From NCBI GenBank assembly GCA_034520965.1, contig JAXHMY010000009.1, positions 192,001-256,000 on the forward strand: a DNA stretch of 64,000 nt, given 5' to 3'. Shown one piece after another: positions 49,840-60,167 of this stretch. The notes under the pieces are model-generated. The model saw only the letters and a program-made list of their open reading frames with translations. It made no database searches and was not told the DNA's origin. Position 1 is the stretch's first letter; each line of letters opens with the position of its first letter. Both the position numbers and the translations under genes were made by a program. Source of the stretch: Spirochaetia bacterium (GTDB taxonomy: Bacteria; Spirochaetota; Spirochaetia; DSM-16054; Sediminispirochaetaceae).

Positions 49840-51160
49840 ATGCGTATCCTCATGGTTTCTTTAACTATTTTACTAATGAGTGCTGCACTTGCCTGTGGTA
49901 CCGGTACTACGGAGAAGGCTGAACAGCCGGCAGATAGGCCGGATGTCGAGTCAGCCACTGGGTCAGAGACTGGGTCAGAGGCTGGACCGGATGTTGGTTC
50001 AGGTAGGGACAGCCACGGTCAAAGCGGCCTGATAGAGAACCCTGGGCCGATTCCCTCCGGCGCCCTTGGGGAGTTTTCTACCGACTTTACCCGCTCGGCT
50101 ATTACCTTCGAGACGATTCTCTCCGGCGGTCCGCCAAAGGACGGTATTCCTTCTATCGACTCGCCTGCGTTTATTTCAATTGAAGCTGCGGACCGGTGGA
50201 TCGGCCCGCAAGAGGCTGTTCTGGTGTTACGTTATAAAGGTCGTGTGCGGGTATACCCCCTGCAAATTCTGATGTGGCACGAGATCGTGAACGACGAAAT
50301 AGATGGTACATCGGTGATCGTTACTTATTGTCCTCTGTGCAATACAGGGGTTGCCTTTAAAGGGGAAATTGACGGTCAGTCTATGAATTTCGGCACCACC
50401 GGCCGCCTTCGCTACAGTAACCTGATTATGTATGACCGGCAGAGTGAAACCTGGTGGCAGCAGGCCAGCGGCCGCGGCTTAATCGGAAAGTATGCCGGAC
50501 GCTCCCTCCCAATGCTGCCGATATCAATTCTCCCGTGGAACGAGGTCCTTCGCATCTATGGAGGAACAGAATCGGGCCCGGAGGATGGTGCATCCGGCGA
50601 CCTTGGTACGTTCTATACGAGTGAAAATAGCCCGGTAGAAGTATTGTCCAAGGAAACCGGTCATTCTCGACCCTATGGGAATAATCCTTATCAAGGGTAT
50701 GACACGAACAGCTCCGCCTTTCTGTACGCCGGTCCGGAGACCCCGATGAGTACTGAAACAATGGAGAGGGTGTTGGCGGTACAAGTGGAGGATGAGGAGC
50801 GAGCGTTTCCCTTTGAGCAACTGAAATCCGAGAAGGTGATACGAGGCCCTGGCAGGCGACCGCCGGGTGGTGGTGTTCTGGCAGCCGGGAACGGCCTCGG
50901 CGCTGGATGCAGGACGGCTGGCAGAGGGACGGGATGTAGGCAGCGCCCAGGCGTATTATCCGGTTCTTGAGGACCGGGAATCCGGCAACCGCACCCCCCT
51001 CACCTTCCAATGGAACGGGGAGGCCATTCGCGATGAAGAGACCGGAAGCCGCTGGAGTGTCTCCGGCCGGGCAATCGACGGGCCCTTAGCGGCGGCTCAG
51101 CTTGAATCGCCGGTTTCTATCAACCACTTTTGGTTTTCCTGGAATGCCTTCCAAAATTAA
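49840..51160 (+). CDS. DUF3179 domain lipoprotein; frameshift at ~50850
   Basis: Lipobox 'LAC'; 'SGGPPKDGIPSID', 'WHEIVND', 'TYCPLCNTG', 'MYDRQSETWWQQ'; C-terminal 'DEETGSRWSVSG...FWFSW'. Confidence 0.88.
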
Positions 51161-51227
51161 AAGCGTTTTTAAGGGTTTAAGTGAGGCTGCGCATCTTATA
51201 GAATGTACACAGCGAAGGAGGCGGAGT

Positions 51228-51590
51228 ATGGTGGATCATGCAGAAACCAAGAGTAGTTCGAACAGGAGACGCCGAACCAGGGTAAAGGCGGAGAAACTGC
51301 CGCCGGGAATGCGGAAGTTTCGTCTCGACTTTGGTTCCAACGAGGTTTACACGGGCACCACTATCGATGCAAGCCTCACTAGTATATCTTTTTTTGTTGA
51401 AGTACCCACCAACCGCATCCGCGAGCACCTCGTCAAGCTCACCTCTGCAGACAAAAGGATACAGATGACCCAGGAACTTGTCTATGTAAAAGCGGTGGAT
51501 CCTTCGCACTCGCGGATTAGTTTTATGCTGGAATCCGACAGCACACCGGAGATCTACCGGCGTATTCTTAGCAAAGTGCTGAAGGGATAG
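51228..51590 (+). CDS. Small PilZ-like protein
   Basis: AAGGAGG RBS; 'RRRRTR' (RxxxR) and 'DASLTS' (degenerate DxSxxG) motifs. Confidence 0.55.
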   Translation: MVDHAETKSSSNRRRRTRVKAEKLPPGMRKFRLDFGSNEVYTGTTIDASLTSISFFVEVPTNRIREHLVKLTSADKRIQMTQELVYVKAVDPSHSRISFMLESDSTPEIYRRILSKVLKG

Positions 51591-51764
51591 GGCATAGTCT
51601 TCAAATAGCTAAAGTAGATACAACTGTGAGTTCGCAGAGAGCATGGATGGCAGTTAAAGATAAAAAAGGAAGCCCGCTCTTTCCGGTGACCTCTTCATAT
51701 ACGGTCTGAGACAGGAACCTCCGGATTGTAAACGGGCTGAAGAAAATTTACTGAATAGGTCTCT

Positions 51765-52538
51765 TTATGAAGTCTTTGTTTCCATTCGGTAGATAGCCTC
51801 AAGAACGACTTGGATTTCGTTTTCCCAACCTTTTACCAGTGATGTGTTTTCGCGGTCATATACAACCTCCCCTGTGACGAGGTTTCCGGAGACAGCTGAA
51901 ATCATCCCTGCCCTTTTTTTTCTCCGCTGGCAGACGGTATAGAGGGCAGAGCTTTCCATTTCGATGTTGAGAAGTCCATAGCTGGCAAGCTTCTGTATCC
52001 ACTCTTCTGTTTCTCCGTAGAAGGCATCATCAGTAGCGTTAAGGCCGTAGTGCCAACTGTAGCCGAGCTTGGTGGACATATCTTTGGTAGTATCTATGAG
52101 AGCCCGGGTCAATTCGAAATCAGGTACCGCTGGAAACTGGTCCGGTAGGTAGAAACGTGAGGTGCCCTCGTTTTTCATGGACCCAGTGGAGACGATGAGG
52201 TCTCCGAGGCCTATGTCTGGCTGGATAGTGCCGGTACTACCTATGCGGATAAGATTTTCTGCTCCTACATTGATCAACTCTTCAGCTGCTATCGCGGTAG
52301 AGGGGCACCCCATACCGGTTGAGGTAACAGAGATTGTTACGCCCCTGTAGGTCCCGGTAAAAGTTCGATGCTCCCTGTGGTCTGCTACTAACTTTGCGTT
52401 TTCTAAATAACCTGCGACCCTGTCTGAACGGGCGGGATCACCAGGTAGCAGCACGTATTTGCCTATTTCCCCTGGGCTGACGTGGATGTGGTATTGGCGT
52501 ATGCCCTGTGTCTCCTTATCCTTATTAAGTGTTGCCAT
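51765..52538 (-). CDS. udp: Nucleoside phosphorylase (uridine phosphorylase-like, PNP_UDP_1)
   Basis: 'QYHI', 'LLPGDPAR', 'STGMGCPSTAIAAEEL', 'IRIGSTG', 'NIEMES'. Confidence 0.88.
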   Translation of the reverse strand: MATLNKDKETQGIRQYHIHVSPGEIGKYVLLPGDPARSDRVAGYLENAKLVADHREHRTFTGTYRGVTISVTSTGMGCPSTAIAAEELINVGAENLIRIGSTGTIQPDIGLGDLIVSTGSMKNEGTSRFYLPDQFPAVPDFELTRALIDTTKDMSTKLGYSWHYGLNATDDAFYGETEEWIQKLASYGLLNIEMESSALYTVCQRRKKRAGMISAVSGNLVTGEVVYDRENTSLVKGWENEIQVVLEAIYRMETKTS

Positions 52539-52574
52539 CTACAATTCCTCCTTGTTTGATTCCATTATGATTTT

Positions 52575-53947
52575 TTATAGTAGCCCCGCCGACTGCATCA
52601 GCTGTCGACCAAGGGAAGATGCTCTTTCCAGGATCTCCTGCTTGTCCATAAGAACCTTACCGTTCTTTTTAAGGAAATTCCCATTCGCTATGGTGTTGCT
52701 TACTTTTGAGCCGTGGCTATTGTAGACCACGGCAGAGAATGCTTGGTCGGGGTGCTCTCTGTAGAATGGGGACTGAAGTCCCTCCTCTGTGTCGATGGTG
52801 ATAATGTCGGCTCTCTTCCCAATCTCCAAACTTCCGATTTTTCCCTCTAAGTGGAGAGATTTGGCACCTTCTATTGTTGCCAGCCGCAGCGCCTGCCAGC
52901 AGTAAAAAAGGCTGCGTTTTCCTGCTTTTGCTTTTGAATGAGAACTCCTATCTTTAGGTCAGCCAGCAAGTCCAGTGAGTTGTTACTCTGGGCTCCATCC
53001 GTTCCTATACCTACGGTGATTCCATGGGACAATAGCTTCTGTAATGGCATTATTCCAGAGACGAGTTTAAGATTACTCACTGGATTATAAGATACTGAAG
53101 CGTTACTTTCCTTAAAGATCTGCATATCTGTCTTGTCTAGGTGGATACAATGGGCGGCAAGGACACGGTTTTCGAAAACTCCCCGGCTTTCAAGAAATCG
53201 GCTTGGGCTCATCCCCTGCTGCTCCTGCAGCATTCGGTTCTCATCTAAGGTTTCCGAAATGTGGGTATGGATAATGAGTTTGTGTTCCCGGGCTGCAGCT
53301 ACAACTGCGTCCCAAGTGTCAGAATTGCAGCTGTAGGGTGCGTGAGGTCCTATGGCAGGTATAACACCCGTCTGTTCTTCGTGACCGCTATAGCGTTCGA
53401 TAACTTTTAGGGCAGTCTCTAAGGTGTTCTTGCTTTCAGGAGAGGGTCCTGAGAAGATAGATGGCGAGAGGAGGCACGTGATCCCTGTGTCCTTCACTGC
53501 CTCGGCAACATTCGCAGCAAAAAAATATTGGTCGGCGCAACTGGTTATACCGTTTTCTACAAATTCTAGGAATGCGAGACGGGCACCCCAGTAAGCGTGT
53601 TCTGCAGTTAAGTACTGTTCGGCCGGCCAGATAAGTGTCTTGAGCCAGTCCATAAGGTGAAGGTCGTCGGCCATGTTGCGAAAGAGAGGTGATACCGAAT
53701 GGGTATGAGTATTTATGAGTCCCGGCATTACAATGTGGTTATCTACATTGTATATAGTACCTCTCGGTTCTACTTCGTTGGCTTTTCCCACGTTTGTGAT
53801 GGTTCCATTCTCTACCACTACAGTACCACTGGGAATGACTTTGTCTTCCACGTCTATGGTAAGTACTGTTCCTCCAACAAGAGAAAAGATGGTATCTTTT
53901 ACTGATTCAGATGTGAAACTGGTTCTATGCATGTTTGACTTACTCAT
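52575..53947 (-). CDS. Amidohydrolase (MTA/SAH-deaminase-like nucleoside deaminase); frameshift at ~52890
   Basis: 'MPGLINTHTH', 'GPHAPYS', 'HTHISET', 'AAHCIHL', 'NPVSNLKL', 'GTDGAQSNN'; tail 'GKRADII'. Confidence 0.88.
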
Positions 53948-54857
53948 CTGGTGCTCCTAGCGACTCTGGAGCGCGGCTCTTTCTTCCCGCCAAAACCAGG
54001 ATAAGAAGGGTGACAATGTAGGGTAGCATCTGTATGAACTGATCGGGTATTTCAAATTCGAGCATATTCAGCCTTATGGCTTGCGCAAAGGCAAAGATGA
54101 GCCCGGCACCGAAGGACCCAGCCGGGTTCCAGCCACCAAATATGTTTGCAGCCAGTGCCATAAACCCTCGGCCAGCTGTCATCCCTTGAACGAAGATATT
54201 GTTGTGCACTATAGAGAGGTAGGATCCACCTAAACCTGATAATACGCCGCTTAAGATAACGCAGATGAAGCGATATTTCTTTATGGATATACCAGCGGTG
54301 CGTACTGCTTGAGGATGATCTCCGAGAGCCCTAAGTCTTAACCCAATGTTAGTCTTGAACATGACAAACCACGCAGTCGCTACCACTAGTATCATCAGGT
54401 AAAGAAGGGGGGTTTGGTCAGTAAAGAGATCACCAAGGTATGGAATTTTGTTTAGCAGTGGTACAGTTACCATATCGAGGGATTCTACCTGGGCAGACAT
54501 TCCTTCTTTACCCCAGATAGCGCGAACTAGGATTACTGTTAGTCCTGCTGCAAGAATGTTTATTCCTACCCCGCTTACCACTTGGTTTGCTTTGTAATGA
54601 ACACTCAGGACGGCGTGGACAAGTCCAGCTAATCCTCCTAAGATCATTGCAAATACCAACCCCATCCATGCCGAGCCGGTTAAAAAGGAACCAAGGACAC
54701 CTCCGAAGGCCCCCATCAGCATCATGCCTTCAAGACCTATATTAATCACCCCGCTTCGCTCTGAAAGGGTACCTCCTACAGCGGCAAAGGTGATGGGAAT
54801 GGCAAGACGAAAAGTTATGAGAACGATGTCCCAGGTTAGTACATCGAAGATCGGCAT
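53940..54857 (-). CDS. Nucleoside ABC transporter permease (NupC-like)
   Basis: 'SERSGVINIGLEGMML', 'AGRGFMALAA', 'MLPYIVT'. Confidence 0.92.
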   Translation of the reverse strand: MPIFDVLTWDIVLITFRLAIPITFAAVGGTLSERSGVINIGLEGMMLMGAFGGVLGSFLTGSAWMGLVFAMILGGLAGLVHAVLSVHYKANQVVSGVGINILAAGLTVILVRAIWGKEGMSAQVESLDMVTVPLLNKIPYLGDLFTDQTPLLYLMILVVATAWFVMFKTNIGLRLRALGDHPQAVRTAGISIKKYRFICVILSGVLSGLGGSYLSIVHNNIFVQGMTAGRGFMALAANIFGGWNPAGSFGAGLIFAFAQAIRLNMLEFEIPDQFIQMLPYIVTLLILVLAGRKSRAPESLGAPDE

Positions 54858-55921
54858 TACTTACCTCCCCTTAAACGAGTGCTAATGCTGCGAATAATAC
54901 CGGGAGCCGCAACAAAAAGTATGACCAAGCCCTGGATAACAATGACGAGGTCGGAGGATATTTCGGTGGTCCGGTCCATTCTCAGTGCCCCTGCGTCTAG
55001 AGCCCCAAAGAGGATAGCCGAAAGCACCACCCCGAAGGGATGGTTTCGCCCGAGAACCGCTACGGCAATACCGGTAAAGCCGAATCCAGGGGAATAGCCC
55101 TCGATAAAGCGGCCGTAGATGCCGTGCACGTGGGTTATTCCTGCCAGTGAGGCAATTGACCCGCTTAAGGCCATAGCCAAAAAAGTGTTCTTTTTCCTGC
55201 CTATACCCCCTGCCTCTGCTGCGCTCGGGTTTTCTCCTACTGCACGTATTTCGTATCCCCAGGAAGTTTTCCAGAGAAACCAATAGACAAAAAAAACCGC
55301 TGCTATGGCGATAAATAGTCCTGCAGAGAGCTGCGTTTTTTGAACTAACTTCGGGAGTTGTGCCGCTAATGGTAGCATATCAGTTTGAGCTACCATTCCG
55401 TCTGATTTGAAGGGATAGTTTACCAGGTAGGATGTGAGAAAAATCGCAACGTAGTTGAGCATGACGGTAACGATCACCTCATGGGTTTGGAAACGGGCCT
55501 TGAGAAAGCCTGGAATACCTCCCCAGAGAAAACCCACCGACATTCCGGAAAGAATTGATAGGGGTAGGAGTATGACAGCCGGAAGGAAGGGGAGGGAGAG
55601 CCCAACTATTACACCTGCTATGGAGCCGACGTAGAGCTGACCTTCAGCGCCGATGTTGAAGAGCCCGCAGCGGAAGGCGATGGCCACTGCAAGCCCGGTA
55701 AAGATGAGGGGAACTGTCTTGGTAAGTGTCCCTGCGATGCTGCGAACCGATCCGAAGGCTCCTGATAGGAGGGCTCCGTATGCCTCTACAGGCGAGTTCC
55801 CGAGGAAGAATACTATGATTGCACCCACCAAAAGAGCGAGTACTATGGAAAAGAGGGATATAATAATATCTTCTGTTATCAGTGAAACAGAGAGAGCTCG
55901 GTTTTTCACTTTGCTATTCAT
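54857..55921 (-). CDS. Nucleoside ABC transporter permease (NupB-like)
   Basis: 'GLFNIGAEGQ', 'HEVIVTVMLNY', 'GFGFTGIAVAVLG'. Confidence 0.92.
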   Translation of the reverse strand: MNSKVKNRALSVSLITEDIIISLFSIVLALLVGAIIVFFLGNSPVEAYGALLSGAFGSVRSIAGTLTKTVPLIFTGLAVAIAFRCGLFNIGAEGQLYVGSIAGVIVGLSLPFLPAVILLPLSILSGMSVGFLWGGIPGFLKARFQTHEVIVTVMLNYVAIFLTSYLVNYPFKSDGMVAQTDMLPLAAQLPKLVQKTQLSAGLFIAIAAVFFVYWFLWKTSWGYEIRAVGENPSAAEAGGIGRKKNTFLAMALSGSIASLAGITHVHGIYGRFIEGYSPGFGFTGIAVAVLGRNHPFGVVLSAILFGALDAGALRMDRTTEISSDLVIVIQGLVILFVAAPGIIRSISTRLRGGK

Positions 55922-57431
55922 TTGCTTTCTCCTCTGAGCCTGAGCCGGCCATGAGAAGACCTATTTCCCCTCTCGAAAAATTCTCACTTGCTTTAACATC
56001 CATAAATTCACCCTCGTAGAGTACTCCTATACGATCGCTGAGTTGCATTATTTCGCTTAGCTCTGCGGAGATAAGGAGAATTGCTTTCTTTTCACTGCGG
56101 AGTTCCATCAAGAGTTCGTAGACAAATTCGATCGCACCTACATCAAGACCACGGGTTGGCTGGGCGGCGAGTACGAAGACGGGGTCTCTGCTTATCTCTC
56201 TGCTAACAATCAGCTTTTGCTGATTGCCTCCAGAAAGGTATTTGATAAGCTGACTTGTGTCGGGGGTGCTAATTTTATACCGCATAACAGCTTCGGCGGT
56301 GTGTTTACTGAGACTTTTCTTTTGGATCTGTCCATGTTTGACAAATGGTTGAACAAAGTGATAGCCGAGAAGCATATTTTCTTCTAGCGAGAATCCATGC
56401 AGCATTGCTCGCTTGTGCCGGTCTGAGGGAATATACCCCATACCGGAAAGTTTACGCTTTTTTGTGCTAATCTGTGAAATATCAACTCCGTTGAGTTTGA
56501 TTGAACCTCCATCTGAGGGGATGGGCCGCATACCCATCATCATCTCTTCGAGTTCGAGTTGACCATTTCCTTCTACTCCGGCAATACCGAAAATTTCACC
56601 CTCTGCGATGGAGAACGAAATAGTTTTATCGCTGTGCGGAAAGAGCTTGAGTCCCTCCACTTCTATGACTTTGGCACCCGGTTTCTGCGCCGATTTTTTT
56701 ACATCGAAACTCACCTCTCTTCCCACCATGAGGAGGGCAAGTTCCCTGCGGTTGGTCGCCTCTTTCTCTCTCTCGGCAACCTTTTCTCCGTTTCTAAGGA
56801 CTGTAATTCGGTCGGCGATATCCATAGTTTCTTTGAGCTTGTGGGTAATAAAGATGATTGTCTTGTTCTGGTTTTTAAGCTCCTGAAGGGTGAGGAAGAG
56901 TTCGTCTACCTCTCCGGGGGTCAGTACGGCAGTAGGCTCATCGAGGATGAGAATATCCGCTCCCCGATAGAGGGTTTTTATTATCTCAACCCTCTGCTTC
57001 TCTCCAACCGATAGGTCCGCGACAGGGCAGTCGAGGTCGATTTTAAAACGATACCGTTTTGCCAGCGCTCCAAGCTCTTTTCTTGCCTTTTTATAGTCGA
57101 CCAAAAAGCGTCCTGTTTCCTTACCAAGGATGATATTCTCAAGAGCGGTCATACGGTTTACCAGCATAAAGTGCTGGTGAACCATTCCCATTCCCCGGGA
57201 GAGGGCATCTTTCGGGCTTGCAATGGCTGCCAACTTTCCTTTAATCAGTATCTCCCCTTCGTCCTGTTGGTAGAGGCCGAAGAGTATTTTCATGAGGGTG
57301 GTTTTACCAGCACCATTCTCTCCCAGCAGGCAGTGGATTTCTCTGCTTTTTACCACAAAGTCAACAGATTTATTAGCTGTTACGGAGCCGAAATGTTTGG
57401 TAATACCCCTCATTTCGATTGCGGAATCCAT
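55914..57431 (-). CDS. Nucleoside ABC transporter ATP-binding protein (two NBDs)
   Basis: 'GENGAGKTT', 'LDEPTAVL', 'LSGGNQQK', 'QPTRGLDVG'. Confidence 0.94.
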   Translation of the reverse strand: MDSAIEMRGITKHFGSVTANKSVDFVVKSREIHCLLGENGAGKTTLMKILFGLYQQDEGEILIKGKLAAIASPKDALSRGMGMVHQHFMLVNRMTALENIILGKETGRFLVDYKKARKELGALAKRYRFKIDLDCPVADLSVGEKQRVEIIKTLYRGADILILDEPTAVLTPGEVDELFLTLQELKNQNKTIIFITHKLKETMDIADRITVLRNGEKVAEREKEATNRRELALLMVGREVSFDVKKSAQKPGAKVIEVEGLKLFPHSDKTISFSIAEGEIFGIAGVEGNGQLELEEMMMGMRPIPSDGGSIKLNGVDISQISTKKRKLSGMGYIPSDRHKRAMLHGFSLEENMLLGYHFVQPFVKHGQIQKKSLSKHTAEAVMRYKISTPDTSQLIKYLSGGNQQKLIVSREISRDPVFVLAAQPTRGLDVGAIEFVYELLMELRSEKKAILLISAELSEIMQLSDRIGVLYEGEFMDVKASENFSRGEIGLLMAGSGSEEKANE

Positions 57432-57458
57432 GTCTTCCCCCAAAAATTTCAAAAGAGA

Positions 57459-57481
57459 GCCCGCCGGTTATTCCGGCGGGC
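57459..57481. other. GC-rich intercistronic hairpin after the BMP gene
   Basis: gcccgccgg-ttatt-ccggcgggc, perfect 9-bp stem. Confidence 0.7.
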
Positions 57482-57497
57482 GGTGGTAAATGTTTTT

Positions 57498-58557
57498 CTA
57501 TCTGTTCTTGCTGAGGAAATCCGAAACTTGGTCTATATCCGTAGGAACTACAATACTTCCCTCTTCTATTTGGTCCTTTAGACTTTCGACTTGGGAGATT
57601 ATATTTTCCGGGACATTAATGTTGCTTCCCTCAGTGCTGTAACCTATACCGCTTTCGGCAATGCCAAGAGCGTGCATACCAGGTTCAAAACTGTCATTGA
57701 GTACGCTTTTTACCGCCTGAAAACAGGCATTGTCTACACGTTTGAGCATGCTCGCAATAATGTGATCTGGAGAAATACTGTTTTGATTGGAGTTCACTCC
57801 TATTGCATATTTAGCTTCCTCTTCCGCAGCTTTGAAAACACCAAGGCCTGAACCTCCCGCAGCGTGGTAGATGATATCGGCATCTCTTGAATACATGGTG
57901 TTGGATATCTCTTTTGCTGTGGTGGGATCACTCCATCCACCCACATAGTTGGAGAGAATCTCCATTTCGGGGTATACATATTTAGCCCCTGCCATATATC
58001 CGGCCACGAACTTCCTGATAAGAGGTATATCCATTCCTCCGACCACTCCAGTCACGGCGGACTTGTTGAGTCCAGGCAGAGCCTGTTCTTTTTCGATTAG
58101 TCCTGCAATGGCACCTACGAGAAAAGATCCCTGCTCCTCTTTGGAAACATATGAAGCCACATTCGGCTTATCCACCACCATGTCGATGATGGCGAAATTC
58201 TGTTCGGGATAATCCTCGGCTACTTTTGCAAGAGCATCAGCCTGGTCGAAGCCTACACAGATGATGAGTCCATACTCGCCGGTGTCGGCCATATCTCTCT
58301 GGTACACCTCATAGTCGGCGATTTCCTTCGGTTCGACGTAGTCGAAACGAATGTCGAGCTCTTCCTCTGCACGTTCCAACCCCTGATAGGTGAGATCGTT
58401 GAAGGACTGGTCTCCTGAACCCCCAGGTAGCAAGAATGAGGGCAAACTTTCCGCTTCCTTCACCCTTCTGTTCTTCTGATTGCCCGCCTGCAAAGACCAT
58501 TGTCGTAAGACCGGTCAAAACCACGAGCGTGAAAATTGTGAGAAGTGTTTTTTTCAT
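57498..58557 (-). CDS. BMP-family nucleoside-binding protein; frameshift at ~58425
   Basis: N-terminus 'MKKTLL...VFAGGQSE' joins 'GDQSFN', 'EEQGSFLVG', 'IYHAAGGSGLG', 'SMLKRVD'. Confidence 0.9.
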
Positions 58558-58627
58558 TTCTACCTCTCCTCCTTTTATTTAGTGCCTTGTATTGTATGCG
58601 CAGATTATACAATCAGCGCTGTAAGCC

Positions 58628-59837
58628 TTATTTTCCCATGAGCTCCTCTTCAGCTCGATGGATATCTATTTTCTCTGTGTGTTCAGGAAGGATGTATTTT
58701 GCCGTTTCCTCATCTGATACGAGCACATCAATCAGCCCTGCATGCAAAGCAGCCATGATAGCCCTCTTTTTGGTGGCTTCTGCCACGCAGATGATTGTAT
58801 TATGCCGGTTTTCAAAAACTTTTTTTGAAACACCTATAACACGGTTATCTATCTCATCCTCGATAAAGTCTCCTTTATCATTGAAAAAATGACCAAGTAT
58901 CTCTCCTACGGCACCCTTTTCTCTGAGTCTCCTATAGGTAGTTGCATCTATGACTCCATTGGTAACAATACTAGAATTGGAATCGAGATTTCCCAGAGAG
59001 ATAAGGAGCAGCTTCGGCTTTCCTCTCCGGTTTCGATAGCAGAGGCTATCGAAGGCTCCTTTTTGAGAATGCTTGCAGTTGTCTCTGCTTTCGACTATTG
59101 CCGGTGAGAGAATCTGTGAAAACTCCATGTTCATCTTAACCGCCAGTTTGGCTGTAGCCAGATGTGGGCTTAAATTGGAGTGACCATTGAGACCTCCAAT
59201 AAGGGTTGCAGGCCTTACATTAACGTCTGTGGTACTGATAAAGTGGTCTATAACCTGTGCCACTGTTCCCCCCCAACCAACACCAATGATCTCCTGGTCA
59301 AGTGAGCGCGTACTCATTTCGCAAGTAGGCTGCTCCCGCCTGGGCAATCGATTTTCCCTTTTCCTCGTTATGGTGCATCACTTCCGGGACGATAAGGGCA
59401 TCTCGGATTCTAAATTTGTGTACAATCTCCCTCTCGATTTCGAATAAATTGTAGTTGGGGTGTTTGATAAAGAACTGGATAATCTCCTGATCTCGGGCCT
59501 TCTCTAGTAGGCGCTGAACTTTTGGTCGAGATATTAGCAGTTTGTCTGCGATTTCTTGCTGGTTAAGCTGCTTTATATAGTAGAGCCAGGCGATACGGCT
59601 TATTAGATCCATATTACTGTAGTGAGCTTTGTCGGTCTTAATTTCGATATTTTCGTTCGGCTGTTTGACGTAGAACTGGATAATCTGCTGATTTCTTGAT
59701 CGTTCGAGGAGTCTTTGTACTTTTGGTCGTGATATCGAAAGCCGCTGTGCAATCTGCTGTTGGTTGAGCTCTTTGATATAGTAGAGCCAGGCAACACGTA
59801 CAATAATATCCTTGTCGTTGAAAGATTCGTCAGCCAT
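58628..59837 (-). CDS. SorC/DeoR(Bacillus)-family sugar-phosphate-binding repressor with duplicated N-terminal HTH; frameshift at ~59320 plus a compensating indel pair around 59000-59090
   Basis: Two 'AWLYYIKxLNQQxIAxxLxISRPKVQRLLE' units; 'IGVGWGGT', 'GAVGEILGHFF', 'LVSDEETA'. Confidence 0.88.
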
Positions 59838-59859
59838 GCGCGCTCCGTTGAAATAATGC

Positions 59860-59938
59860 TCACTCATCGATCATTTGTTGAACATATGATCGATGAGTGA
59901 ATATTTGTTTATTCTATCATGGTATATTGTCCTGTCAA
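59860..59938 (-). promoter_or_regulatory. Promoter and 41-bp palindromic operator of the nucleoside operon
   Basis: TTGACA(59938-59933)-N16-TAGAAT(59916-59911) with TG extension; palindrome 59860-59900 immediately downstream. Confidence 0.75.
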
Positions 59939-60167
59939 GCGAAGATTAGAGATTTTCAATGGTGGGCAATGAAGTGCAGCTTATTAGCTTGGAGGAGGTG
60001 AAAAAATCATTTCTATGTATAGGACCATAACCAGCTGGTAGCCGTCGCACAGATAGGTACCGAAAAAACTCGTGAAAGTCTCCGGCCGCCATAACGGCGG
60101 CCATAACACCGATCTAAAAACCCAGTTCCAGCAGCCAGGCCGAGAGCAGCTTTTCTTGGAGTTCTCT

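Noticed and set aside
59940..60167. GC-rich stretch with repeated gccataac after the hybrid kinase
   Set aside because: May be a gene remnant, but I could not support any ORF, inverted repeat pair or family.
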